64,000 nt of DNA from contig JBPQGU010000016.1 of the NCBI GenBank assembly GCA_051362555.1, positions 4,588,001 through 4,652,000 of the forward strand, given 5' to 3'. The notes below the pieces were generated by a model. It worked only from the letters and a program-made list of their open reading frames with translations. It searched no databases and was not told the origin of the DNA. Positions 26,302-36,712 of this stretch are shown here, piece after piece (within the stretch, counting starts at the first letter, position 1; each line of letters opens with the position of its first letter). This stretch comes from Lingula anatina. Its lineage: Eukaryota; Animalia; Brachiopoda. The position numbers and the translations under genes are program-made.

Positions 26302-28120
26302 GTGGAAAGTAAGCTTGACCAAAGTTTAAGGCAAAGAAAATGTAAAATGACAAAATTATCATAAACAAATGGAAGAACTTTGATATGATTATAAACTTTT
26401 TATTTCACATATTTCATAAAAACATAATTAACAGTATATTTTATTTCTTACATTTTTCTTATAAATTTTATAACTCATTTAACTATTCACAAAATATTGA
26501 AATAATATAATAATACTTTTTAAATGATTTAAAAGGGTGACAACCTACAAATACATACATAGCACAGGCAAGACTGAAATCCTGATAGAATTCAGATTAC
26601 TTTAAATTCGTCTTAGTCAGATTTTAATATCACTTTTTTTAAAACTATAAAATATGCCTTGAATTTCAAGTTAGTTTGCTAGATGCGTACATTACTCAGA
26701 GTGAGAAATCATGGTAAATGCATATAATAAGAGACAGAAAATGTAATGTATTATCAACATTTACAAATCCTCATATCTGACAGAAATCACAATAAACGAA
26801 GTTTTTCCAAGATCTGCAGTATTTAATTTTCTCCAAGTTCATGAGACTTACTACTCACTTTACTTAATTAATCAAAACTTAACTTACAAAAGATGAGGGG
26901 AATTCTCTATGCAGATAATACAATATTTGATATTGTGACAAACTACTAATTTAACATTTGATGACTGAGTAATTAAAAAGCAATCATGTTTATTACAATG
27001 TCACACTCCATGAAGGCACAGATTTTGGAAATAACAAACATCATTCCTGTTATCTCAAGTCTCTAATTTCAGCTACAATCCATAGGCGGTATCCCATTAT
27101 GAGGTTATAAGCTGTTTCCATTCCCTGAAATTAAAAAGCAGTAAATGTTTTATATTTGATATTATTATTATTTAACTGGATAAGGCTTCAACTTTTTAGG
27201 TAACCTGTTACCATTATACTTAAATATGATTTCAATTTTTATGATAGTAAGATTAAAATGAAAGTTTAGGCAAAACAAACACAGAACATGTTTTTGTCAA
27301 TGTTAACGAAATAGATGAGCAATGGAAACATAAGTCACAAGTTTACAACTATGGTATTCCGATGAATTACTTCTCACCTTTATAGTGCACAGCATTTCAA
27401 AAATAAAAATTGTAGTCCATGCTGAAAAAGATATGAGACTTATCATCAGTATTAAAAAAAAATGTTTATTTGATATGTACTTGAGCCAATTACTGTATGT
27501 GGCATAAAAGAGTGCTATTATATGGAGCTACAGTTGAGATATAATAGGCTCTTGTACATCATACACAGTGAATGACAAGTAGTTGTAACTGACTAATACC
27601 ATGACTAGCCCTTCAACAGTTGTAGGAATGTGCTTGTATAGTGATCAGAATATACAAGTGCAATTATGCTGTTGTTATACATGTAAATGCTGGATAACCA
27701 AAACAGTACTTTGGCATGCACTATATACAGCCTATAATTCTCAAGATCCTGGGGTGCCATTGGGTGCCATAGGCTCTTTTTGCTAACCAATATCTAAGCA
27801 ACATTTCTGACAATTTTGAAAATAATTGTCCGATTGCTTTTTCAGATATTTGATTTGAAAGACGGGGTCTGCGTGATCCAAAATTCACTCAAACAAAAAT
27901 GGCCGTAATTTGCCATGGCACTGCATTGTCTATATATCCCAAGACCCAGGGGTGCTGTCAGTTGCAGGCTACATATTATGTAAAAAGGTACACGAAAAAC
28001 GTCAGATTAAGATTTGGAAAAAATCTACCGTTTACTTTTTCAGATATATGCTTTTTAATGAGGGAGTTTAACATTATAAAGACGCATTCCTACAAAAATG
28101 GTCGTAATTGGGTATGAAGG

Positions 28121-28941
28121 TGTAAGTGCCAGATTCCATGTTTTATATAAACAAGGTGTAAGTACAGATTCCTTGTTTTAGCTATAACAGTTATGAGTAG
28201 TTTTCATTACTTGTGTGAGTAGCGCGCTTATTTGAATGCTTCTCGGTCATAACGCTACCAGAATCCGTACAAGAAGGGTCTCTCCTGCAGCTAACCGTAT
28301 TTCCCAACGTAGTATAGTGTATTGTAAGAGAAGGGAGAAATCATAATGTAAGTGTTTATACTGTCAAGTGTGTATTTATAAGTTTTTTGTATAAATTATA
28401 AAGGTGAAAAAATAGGTATATAAGATAGAGCACCTGGTAGGGTGTGGTAATTAATATGAAGTACGATAAAAGATAATATGAGAGCGCATTGGTTTAATTA
28501 TCAACTGCAAAACCCTTCCTGTAATTCAGTATATAACGTTTTAATTATGATTATTGCATTATAAGGTAAACTTCATATCATTTCTGTTTACTGTATAGAT
28601 ATAGCAAATTTCAAGTCTCGTTATATATAACCGAATTAATGTAATGTAATGTTCCATATATCTAGTAAAATTATACTTAGGCCTATGTATTTGATGCATA
28701 AGTATTTATATAGTTTCCTTTATTTATTTATTCATTTTATTTATTTATTGTTTTGTTTGTTTTTTTTTTTAGATTATGTACCTTGCTTGCTTGCTTGCTT
28801 GCTTGCTGTCATGCTGACATGCTGACCTGCTGACTAGTCCATTTAATGTACCGACATAAGCGATGTGAATGGTTACTGAACTGAACGTTTAAAAATAAAG
28901 CATGAGTAACATAAACTCTCCAATGTCTCAACGATTTCACA
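28121..28941 (+). repeat. 5' LTR (821 bp)
   Basis: TGTAAGTGCC...ACGATTTCACA; contains (GCTT)n and AATAAA near its 3' end; direct repeat of 34947-35769. Confidence 0.97.
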
Positions 28942-28960
28942 CTAGTACATAATAACAGCC

Positions 28961-31900
28961 ATGGATGCAGGTGGAGACCGGGACTATCGTCAAGAATTAA
29001 AGCACAGTCGTGCCGCCTTTAAAGGTGAATGTACTAAAAAAGAAAACATCATAAATGAACTTATTTTGGACTCTGCTCATGTAAATATTGTACAGAAAGC
29101 ATTGAATGACTTTTGTGTTTCAATAGACCGATTTAGAGAGGCACATTTTAAATACTTCAATTTGCTTAATACCCAAGAAGAAAAAGAAGGAGCAGAAAAA
29201 TATTTAGACCAGGCAGAGGAAAATTTTAGTAAAGTTCAACGCCGTACATCTTTATATATCTCCAAATTCCCTTTCCATGAAGACGATGCTGTCTCCTGCT
29301 CTAGTAAAAGTTCAAGATCAACCACCAACAGTGAAAGATCTACAAGAGCTGCGGCAAAAAGGGCAGTTTTAGAAGAAGAGGCGAAGGCATTAAAAGAAAA
29401 ACAGAAAATTGAAGAAGAAGAATTTCGACTAAAGCAAAGGAAGGAATCGCTGCGTATTCAGACTGCAATTAAAAAAGCGGAAGCAGAGCTGAAAACATGG
29501 GCACCGTTGAAAACCATTAATGTAGATGCCTGGGTAGATAACCTCTCCCACCACGGTATGATGAATGTAGAGGCTCCTGAATTTATTCCCCGAGACAGCC
29601 ATGTACATCCGATCGATGCAGAAGCACCAACGTTCACTCCGAGCACCAAGACCATTCCCCGAGGACCTATGACTGATGTAGAAGCACCGACACCAACTCC
29701 TTACGCCAGGGCCATTCCCCGAGAACCCACAACTGATGTGACAACGGCGATCACTCCCCAGGCCGGAGCAATTCCCAGAGGCAGTCCTTTACCCCCCACT
29801 GGCGTAGAAGTACCAGCGCGTGCACCTCAGACTAGTGGCATTCCTGGAAGCAGTCATCTACTCCACACTGATGCTCTCCTAGCTGCGTTGTCCTTACCTC
29901 AGCCAGAAGTGCCAAAGTTTGCTGGTGACTTAACTGAGTATAGGGTTTTCTTGGCTGCTTTTGATACTCGTATTGCTTCTCGTGCAGCATCTTCATCTGA
30001 CAAATTGTATTACCTTGATCAGTTACTGATAGGTGAGCCCAAAGATATCATCAGTAGTTGTTTTTATTTAGAGGATGGGTATCAACAAGCCCGTATGTTG
30101 CTTGACAAAGAATATGGTGATCCATATAAAACTGCTATGATGTATTTGAATAAAGTGAATGAGTTGCCATCTGTAAAACAAGATGATCATGTTGGTCTAA
30201 AGAAATTGGCTTTGTCATTAACAAAGTGTTCTTATGCAATGCAGCATTTATCTTACCTCAGTGTGTTAAATCACCCACCCAATATGATAAATGTAGTTAA
30301 GAAACTGCCTTTTTATTTGCAAAATAAATGGCGAGAGCATGTAGTTAAGTTGAGGCAACATCAACAAAGGGTTGTTCAGTTTTCAGATCTTGTCTCCTTT
30401 GTATCATCAGCGTCTGAAGTAGCCAACGACCCAGTGTTTGGTAAAGGGACCATCTCTACAAAGTCTTCAAAGCCTCCAACAAGTAAGTTCAACCAAAAAG
30501 TGTCCAGTTTGGCAACGACCGTTTCTGACGTCACTACCGCGCAACCTTGTTGTCCACTTTGCCAAGGACGTCATGACCTTGAGAACTGTCAGACATTTTC
30601 ATCTAAGAGTATCGATGACAAGAGAGCATTTCTGATGGATAAACGCCTCTGTTTTGGATGTTTTGGACGAGACCACGTGTCAAAGGGCTGCACCAAGAAA
30701 CGCCGATGTCATAAGTGTCAGAAATTGCATCCAACTTCACTCCATGTTGAAGGTTTTCGGCCCCGACGACAACCTGCTGTCCAATCGCATTCTCTCACAG
30801 CTCAAGCTAATACACAGCTGACCGATGGTGCTACTGTGTCTTCCTGCGTTACCACAGTGTCTGCAGACCGTATTTTTCATGCAATTCTCCCAGTGAAGAT
30901 CCACCAGAAAGGTAGTAGCACTGTTATGAATGCATACTGTTTTTATGATAATGGAAGTAGTGGTTGTTTTATTACAGAAGGATTATTCCGCCAACTTGAT
31001 GCCTCGGGTGTAACTACTCGTCTCCAGCTTAAGACTATGTCTGGAAGCAGCTGTTTTCAAAGCAATGCGGTGGAAAATCTGGTGATTACAGATAGTAATG
31101 GTGATAATGCCATTGAACTGCCACGAACTTTCACAAGAGATGATATTCCAATCACCAAAGATCAGATACCTACGCCAGATATCGTCAGAAGGTGGGATCA
31201 CCTCAAAAGTGTTGCTCAGGAAATACCAGAATTGCAAGAAAATGTGGACTTGTCTATCTTGATTGGAAACAATTGCCCACTAGCCTTGGAGCCGCTTGGA
31301 GCGATACCTTCTTCAAATGGAGGCCCGTATGCAGTGTTACTTAGACACGGTTGGACAGTACATGGACCGTTAACCGCCGATACTAGGGACCACATTACAT
31401 GCAATCGTATACAGGTGGAGGAAGTCCACAAGGAGATAATGTCCCCGGCTACTGCAATGCACATGATGGAGCTCGATTTTTGTGAGCATAAGCCATCATA
31501 TCCTGATGAGAAAGGAATGTCACCAGAGGACAAACGTTTCTTACAGATTGCAGAAGACGGTGTTGTTTTTGAGAATGGTCATTATACTTTGCCCTTACCT
31601 TTCAGATCCAGTGAAGTGTCACTTCCTAATAACCGATCACAAGCAGTACAGAGGGCATTGTGGCAAAAGAGGAAGATGATGAAAAACGAAACTTACCGTG
31701 TAGATTACGTAGCATTTGTTTCAAATATTTTGGAGCGTGGTTATGCAGAGCGTGTTCCTCTTTATGATGTCTCAGCACAGGGCCAAGTATGGTACTTACC
31801 TCATCACGGTATATACAATCCAAACAAACCGGGGAAAATTAGAGTAGTGTTTGATGCAAGTGCCAAGTTTCAAGGGACAAGCCTGAATGATCACTTATTA

Positions 31901-32032
31901 CAAGGACCGGATCTGGCCAACAACTTAGTGGGAGTTCTTTGTAGGTTCCGTCAGCATCAAACCGCATTCATTGCCGATATAGAATCCATGTTTTTTCAGG
32001 TCCGGGTTCCATTAGAACAAAGAAGTTTATGA
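28961..32032 (+). CDS. BEL/Pao Gag-protease-N-terminal RT polyprotein (segment 1, ends at a frameshift)
   Basis: 1023-aa ORF with PKFAGD gag core, knuckles CPLC..H..C, CFGC..H..C and CHKC..HPTSLH, protease FYDNGS, RT WYLPHH, KIRVVFDAS, SLNDHLLQGPDL, ADIESMFFQV. Confidence 0.93.
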   Translation: MDAGGDRDYRQELKHSRAAFKGECTKKENIINELILDSAHVNIVQKALNDFCVSIDRFREAHFKYFNLLNTQEEKEGAEKYLDQAEENFSKVQRRTSLYISKFPFHEDDAVSCSSKSSRSTTNSERSTRAAAKRAVLEEEAKALKEKQKIEEEEFRLKQRKESLRIQTAIKKAEAELKTWAPLKTINVDAWVDNLSHHGMMNVEAPEFIPRDSHVHPIDAEAPTFTPSTKTIPRGPMTDVEAPTPTPYARAIPREPTTDVTTAITPQAGAIPRGSPLPPTGVEVPARAPQTSGIPGSSHLLHTDALLAALSLPQPEVPKFAGDLTEYRVFLAAFDTRIASRAASSSDKLYYLDQLLIGEPKDIISSCFYLEDGYQQARMLLDKEYGDPYKTAMMYLNKVNELPSVKQDDHVGLKKLALSLTKCSYAMQHLSYLSVLNHPPNMINVVKKLPFYLQNKWREHVVKLRQHQQRVVQFSDLVSFVSSASEVANDPVFGKGTISTKSSKPPTSKFNQKVSSLATTVSDVTTAQPCCPLCQGRHDLENCQTFSSKSIDDKRAFLMDKRLCFGCFGRDHVSKGCTKKRRCHKCQKLHPTSLHVEGFRPRRQPAVQSHSLTAQANTQLTDGATVSSCVTTVSADRIFHAILPVKIHQKGSSTVMNAYCFYDNGSSGCFITEGLFRQLDASGVTTRLQLKTMSGSSCFQSNAVENLVITDSNGDNAIELPRTFTRDDIPITKDQIPTPDIVRRWDHLKSVAQEIPELQENVDLSILIGNNCPLALEPLGAIPSSNGGPYAVLLRHGWTVHGPLTADTRDHITCNRIQVEEVHKEIMSPATAMHMMELDFCEHKPSYPDEKGMSPEDKRFLQIAEDGVVFENGHYTLPLPFRSSEVSLPNNRSQAVQRALWQKRKMMKNETYRVDYVAFVSNILERGYAERVPLYDVSAQGQVWYLPHHGIYNPNKPGKIRVVFDASAKFQGTSLNDHLLQGPDLANNLVGVLCRFRQHQTAFIADIESMFFQVRVPLEQRSL

Positions 32033-32934
32033 GATTCATGTGGTGGGAAAACGGTGACTTGAACAGCGACTTGCAAGAATATCAGATGAGCGTTCATCTT
32101 TTTGGTGCTGTCTCCTCTCCTAGTGTTGCCAATTTTGTTCTGAAGAAAATTGGGGCTGAAGCAGAAAATTCTGAAGTGAGTAAAACTCTTCTCAGAAATT
32201 TCTATGTAGACGACTGTATTAAATCTGTGAAGTCTACCTATGACGCCATCAGACTGGTAGATGATCTTCAGAAAACCTGTGCAAGCGGAGGATTCCATCT
32301 TACCAAGTTTGCCAGCAATAGCATTGAAGTTATGGACTCTATACCCAAGGCTGAGCATTCCAAAGAAATATCCTCAATTGATATCCATTATGATGAGCTA
32401 CCAATCACAAAGACGCTTGGGGTACAATGGAACATTGAGACAGATCAGTTTGAGTTTTCCATACAGCTAAAAGCCAAACCATCAACTAGAAGGGGGATTC
32501 TCTCCGTCATTTCTTTGCTTTATGACCCACTTGGTTTTGTGGCTCCGGTGATATTGCCAGCGAAGAAAATACTACAGGATCTTTGTCGTGACGGAAATGT
32601 AGGATGGGATGATGATGTACCAGAGAAGTTTCAAGAAAGGTGGAGCAAATGGTCATCTTCGATATTAGCATTAGAAAATGTAAAAATAAACCGCTGTTTC
32701 AAACTTTCAGACTGTCTCCCACATGGTGAAGTGCAGCTCCATGTCTTCTCAGATGCCAGCTTCTATGGTTATGGATCAGTTGCCTACCTTCGATGTAAGG
32801 ATTATGCAGGAAACATAAATGTTTTCTTTGTAGCAGGAAAAGCTCGACTCGCACCCATCAAGACTATGTCAACTCGAACTTACCGCTGCAGTTACCTCAG
32901 TGCGACTAGCCAAAATGATAGAGAGAGAAATTGA
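32029..32934 (+). CDS. BEL/Pao Pol segment 2: RT core and start of RNase H (frameshifted at both ends)
   Basis: RFMWW, HLFGAVSSP, NFYVDD, YDPLG, HVFSDAS, KARLAP; homology in this frame stops at about 32871. Confidence 0.9.
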   Translation: MRFMWWENGDLNSDLQEYQMSVHLFGAVSSPSVANFVLKKIGAEAENSEVSKTLLRNFYVDDCIKSVKSTYDAIRLVDDLQKTCASGGFHLTKFASNSIEVMDSIPKAEHSKEISSIDIHYDELPITKTLGVQWNIETDQFEFSIQLKAKPSTRRGILSVISLLYDPLGFVAPVILPAKKILQDLCRDGNVGWDDDVPEKFQERWSKWSSSILALENVKINRCFKLSDCLPHGEVQLHVFSDASFYGYGSVAYLRCKDYAGNINVFFVAGKARLAPIKTMSTRTYRCSYLSATSQNDRERN

Positions 32935-34813
32935 GGAAGACTTGAAAGTGTTTTACCATACCGACTCCACTACTGTACTTCGCTACATAGCCAATGAGAA
33001 GAAGCGATTCCCAGTGTTTGTGGCAAATAGAATTCAACTGATACGCGATTTTTCCAGTGTAGAGCAGTGGCGTTACGTACCGTCATCAAATAATAGTGCA
33101 GACGAAGCCTCTAGAGGTTTATCAGCGGATGAGTTGAGTGACAGTGCAAGGTGGTTGACTGGTCCCGAGTTTCTGTATACCGAGGAAGATACATGGCCGG
33201 CAAGCCCACTAAATTCTCAGATGCAAGACCAATCAGAATCGGATGATGAGATCCAACATACAGCGTGTTTTGCATTGAGCAGTGATGAAGAAGATTCTTT
33301 CTTTCAGCTTGTGAATCACTACTCAAGTTGGTATAAATTGTGCAAAGCAGTTGCTATCTACGGAAAATTTGTTCAGTGGTTGTGCAAAAGAGAGAAGTCT
33401 AAGACGAGTTTCTCTCCGGTGATTACGTCCGAGGATATTGCCCAATCGGAGACCACAGTCATACGTTGGCTACATTGGCGCAGTTACAAAGACGAGATTA
33501 CCCAACTTACCTCAGCTGATGCAGATCAAACACGGAGCCGGGCAAAGACGGTAAACAAGACCAGCAACCTTTACAAGTTGGATCCAATTGTTGACAATGG
33601 TATCTTAAGAGTGGGTGGAAGATTACAGCGAGCAAATCTAACAGAAGAAACGAAACATCCAATCATACTACCTAAAAAGGGCCATGTTACTACTCTTATA
33701 ATACGCCAAGAACACGAACGTCTGGGGCATGCAGGTCGAAATCACGTACTCTCAAGCCTTCGTACGAAATATTGGATTATAAGTGGAAATGCTGCTGTGC
33801 GTTCTTTGCTGGTTTCTTGTGTTAAGTGCCGACGTCTCACTGGTCCAGTGGAACAGCAGAGAATGGCCAACTTACCTAGTTGTAGAGTAGATGAAACGCT
33901 TCCTCCGTTTAGCAGATCAGGCGTGGACTGTTTTGGACCCTTTGTCGTAAAAGACGGAAGGAAAGAAGTCAAACGATACGGGGTACTCTTTACTTGCTTG
34001 TCTAGTCGGGCAGTACACATAGAAGTTGCTATGAACCTTGAAACGGACACTTTCCTTAACGTGCTTCGAAGATTCATTGCGCGCCGAGGAAATGTTAGAG
34101 AGTTGTGGAGCGACAACGGAACAAATTTTGTTGGAGCTCACAAAGAACTTAAACAAGCTCTTCAGAACATGAAACATGATGTCATTCAAGATAATATGTG
34201 TCGAGTAGGCATTGATTGGCATTTTAACCCTCCTGCAGCAAGTAACATGGGTGGGTCATGGGAACGCATGATACGGTCTGTTAGGAAAGTTCTCACGGGT
34301 CTTTTACAAGAACATGGAACCCAGCTCGACACTGACTCCTTTCACACTCTCCTCTGTGAAGTAGAAGCGATCATCAACTCGAGACCACTGACGACAGTCT
34401 CCATGGATCCGCGTGATGAAGATTCTCTAACTCCGAATCACATTTTGACGCTCAGATCACGGGTTACCGTTCCGCCTCCAGGTGTATTCCAGAGAGAAGA
34501 TGTGTATCTTCGCAAACGTTGGCGACGAGTACAGTACCTTGCGAATGTGTTCTGGGCAAGATGGAAAAGAGAGTTTCTACTGAATTTGCAAAGTCGTACA
34601 AAATGGATGAAACATCGTCGAAATCTAGCGATCGGCGATGTAGTTATTATTCGAGAAGAAAATGTGCCGCGTTGTGAGTGGCGCATGGGTCGTGTTAAAG
34701 AGGTAGAGATGGACTCTGAAGGTTATGTTAGAGCAGTACTGCTTAAAACACAAAGTGTAGATATCCGTAGACCTTCTAACAAGTTGGTTCTTTTAGTTCC
34801 AAATGAACATTAG
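32900..34813 (+). CDS. BEL/Pao Pol segment 3: rest of RNase H and integrase
   Basis: TDSTTVL, FVANRI, NSADEASRG, HHCC (H..GHAG..CVKC), DDE motifs GVDCFGP, WSDNGTNF, GGSWERMIR; the homologous frame actually begins ~32873 (LELTAAV). Confidence 0.93.
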   Translation: MRLAKMIEREIEEDLKVFYHTDSTTVLRYIANEKKRFPVFVANRIQLIRDFSSVEQWRYVPSSNNSADEASRGLSADELSDSARWLTGPEFLYTEEDTWPASPLNSQMQDQSESDDEIQHTACFALSSDEEDSFFQLVNHYSSWYKLCKAVAIYGKFVQWLCKREKSKTSFSPVITSEDIAQSETTVIRWLHWRSYKDEITQLTSADADQTRSRAKTVNKTSNLYKLDPIVDNGILRVGGRLQRANLTEETKHPIILPKKGHVTTLIIRQEHERLGHAGRNHVLSSLRTKYWIISGNAAVRSLLVSCVKCRRLTGPVEQQRMANLPSCRVDETLPPFSRSGVDCFGPFVVKDGRKEVKRYGVLFTCLSSRAVHIEVAMNLETDTFLNVLRRFIARRGNVRELWSDNGTNFVGAHKELKQALQNMKHDVIQDNMCRVGIDWHFNPPAASNMGGSWERMIRSVRKVLTGLLQEHGTQLDTDSFHTLLCEVEAIINSRPLTTVSMDPRDEDSLTPNHILTLRSRVTVPPPGVFQREDVYLRKRWRRVQYLANVFWARWKREFLLNLQSRTKWMKHRRNLAIGDVVIIREENVPRCEWRMGRVKEVEMDSEGYVRAVLLKTQSVDIRRPSNKLVLLVPNEH

Positions 34814-34946
34814 ACGGGAGATTTGAAGTAACTAGTTAATTTCAGTAAGATATTATTTTGTTTTGTTTTAAGGGCACTTAGAATATTTTGTTTTGTAGAT
34901 AAATAAGTACAACTTATTCAGTATAACTTATTTATGGAACCGGGTA

Positions 34947-35769
34947 TGTAAGTGCCAGATTCCATGTTTTATATAAACAAGGTGTAAGTACAGATTCCTT
35001 GTTTTAGCTATAACAGTTATGAGTAGTTTTCATTACTTGTGTGAGTAGCGCGCTTATTTGAATGCTTCTCGGTCATAACGCTACCAGAATCCGTACAAGA
35101 AGGGTCTCTCCTGCAGCTAACCGTATTTCCCAACGTAGTATAGTGTATTGTAACAGTTCAAAGGGAGAAATCATAATGTAAGTGTTTATACTGTCAAGTG
35201 TGTATTTATAAGTTTTTTGTATAAATTATAAAGGTGAAAAAATAGGTATATAAGATAGAGCACCTGGTAGGGTGTGGTAATTAATATGAAGTACGATAAA
35301 AGATAATATGAGAGCGCATTGGTTTAATTATCAACTGCAAAACCCTTCCTGTAATTCAGTATATAACGTTTTAATTATGATTATTGCATTATAAGGTAAA
35401 CTTCATATCATTTCTGTTTACTGTATAGATATAGCAAATTTCAAGTCTCGTTATATATAACCGAATTAATGTAATGTAATGTTCCATATATCTAGTAAAA
35501 TTATACTTAGGCCTATGTATTTGATGCATAAGTATTTATATAGTTTCCTTTATTTATTTATTCATTTTATTTATTTATTGTTTTGTTTGTTTTTTTTTAG
35601 ATTATGTACCTTGCTTGCTTGCTTGCTTGCTTGCTGTCATGCTGACATGCTGACCTGCTGACTAGTCCATTTAATGTACCGACATAAGCGATGTGAATGG
35701 TTACTGAACTGAACGTTTAAAAATAAAGCATGAGTAACATAAACTCTCCAATGTCTCAACGATTTCACA
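34947..35769 (+). repeat. 3' LTR (823 bp)
   Basis: By eye identical to the 5' LTR except GAG vs CAGTTCA (~28328 / ~35154) and a poly-T of 11 vs 9. Confidence 0.97.
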
Positions 35770-36253
35770 GAAGGATTATACCGTCTATATCTCTAAAGAT
35801 CCAGGGGTGCCATCAGGTGCCATCGGCACTTTTTGTCAACAAATAAATGAGCAACATTACTGAAAAGTTGAAAAAAAATCGTCCGAGTGCTTTCCGAGAT
35901 ATTTCACTTGAAAGAAGGCTTGTGGTGTGAAAACTTCAGTTTACAATTGTCAAACTACATATGAAGCTATGCCTAGTTTAAATTGTCATAAAAACATAAA
36001 CAGACCAAACACTTGAAAATCACTTCACATGAGTTAAGTTGAGATGGTACTGATCGTTGTAAATAGTAAAATGCTTTTAAAATACCCACCAAATTTATGT
36101 GCATGCCTCCTAAATAAACGATCCTCCCCGGTGCGTCGAACGTGTCATTTTGTTTACCTATAACGGAGTGTAAAATTCCTGCTTTTTTCATTGGCTCCCG
36201 AAAATCACGTGATACCCTTCCACCCACCACTGACCTGCATTGAAAGTTTTCAA

Positions 36254-36712
36254 GTGGGTCGAGTCCATTCGATTTGAGGGGTGACAGGTGGGACGAGTCC
36301 ATTCCATTTGAGGGGTGACAGGTGGGGCGAGTCCATTTCATCTTAGGGGTGACAGGTGGGGCGAGTCCATTTCATCCGAGGGGTGACAGGTGGGGCGAGT
36401 CCATTTCATCTTAGGGGTGACAGGTGGGGCGAGTCCATTCCATCTGAGGGGTGACAGGTGGGACGAGTCCATTCCATTTGAGGGGTGACAGGTGGGGCGA
36501 GTCCATTCGATTTGAGGGGTGACAGGTGGGGCGAGTCCATTCCATTTGAGGGGTGACAGGTGGGACGAGTCCATTCGATTTAAGGGGTGACAGGTGGGAC
36601 GAGTCCATTCGATTTGAGGGGTGACAGGTGGGGCGAGTCCATTCCATTTGAGGGGTGACAGGTGGGACAAGTCCATTCGATTTGAGGGGTGACAGGTGGG
36701 GCGAGCCCATTT
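36254..36712. repeat. G-rich 34-bp minisatellite, ~13.5 copies
   Basis: Unit GAGTCCATTCGATTTGAGGGGTGACAGGTGGG(A/G)C at 36261, 36295, 36329 ... 36703. Confidence 0.98.

Larger units (their letters stand above)
28121..35769 (+). mobile_element. Full-length BEL/Pao LTR retrotransposon
   Basis: TG...CA LTRs at both ends; 5-bp TSD GAAGG (28116-28120 and 35770-35774); domain order gag (3 Zn knuckles)-PR-RT-RH-IN is diagnostic of BEL/Pao. Confidence 0.98.
27742..35920 (+). repeat. Diverged ~200-bp tandem repeat (3 copies) split by the BEL insertion
   Basis: Units start AAGATCCTGGGGTGCC (~27743), AAGACCCAGGGGTGCT (~27941) and AAGATCCAGGGGTGCC (~35796), each with a downstream TCCG/ACCG..TTT..AGATAT motif. 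Spacing is ~200 bp once the BEL plus one TSD (7654 bp) is removed. Confidence 0.75.
25680..36263. mobile_element. Putative unclassified inverted-repeat element (~2.9 kb without the nested BEL)
   Basis: 25712-25737 TGGTGGTTGGAAGGGTATCACGTGAT matches the reverse complement of 36204-36229 at 25/26 nt; weaker similarity extends to CTAGACCC (25680) / GGGTCGAG (36263). No TSD identified. Confidence 0.5.

Noticed and set aside
32020-32040. Programmed ribosomal frameshift in the BEL element
   Set aside because: The break falls inside the RT domain with no slippery heptamer; BEL/Pao elements normally have one ORF, so this is a mutation or sequencing error.
36254-36712. CRISPR-like array (34-bp period)
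   Set aside because: Units are contiguous with no unique spacers, there are no cas genes, and the context is eukaryotic; the ORFs over it are repeat translations.
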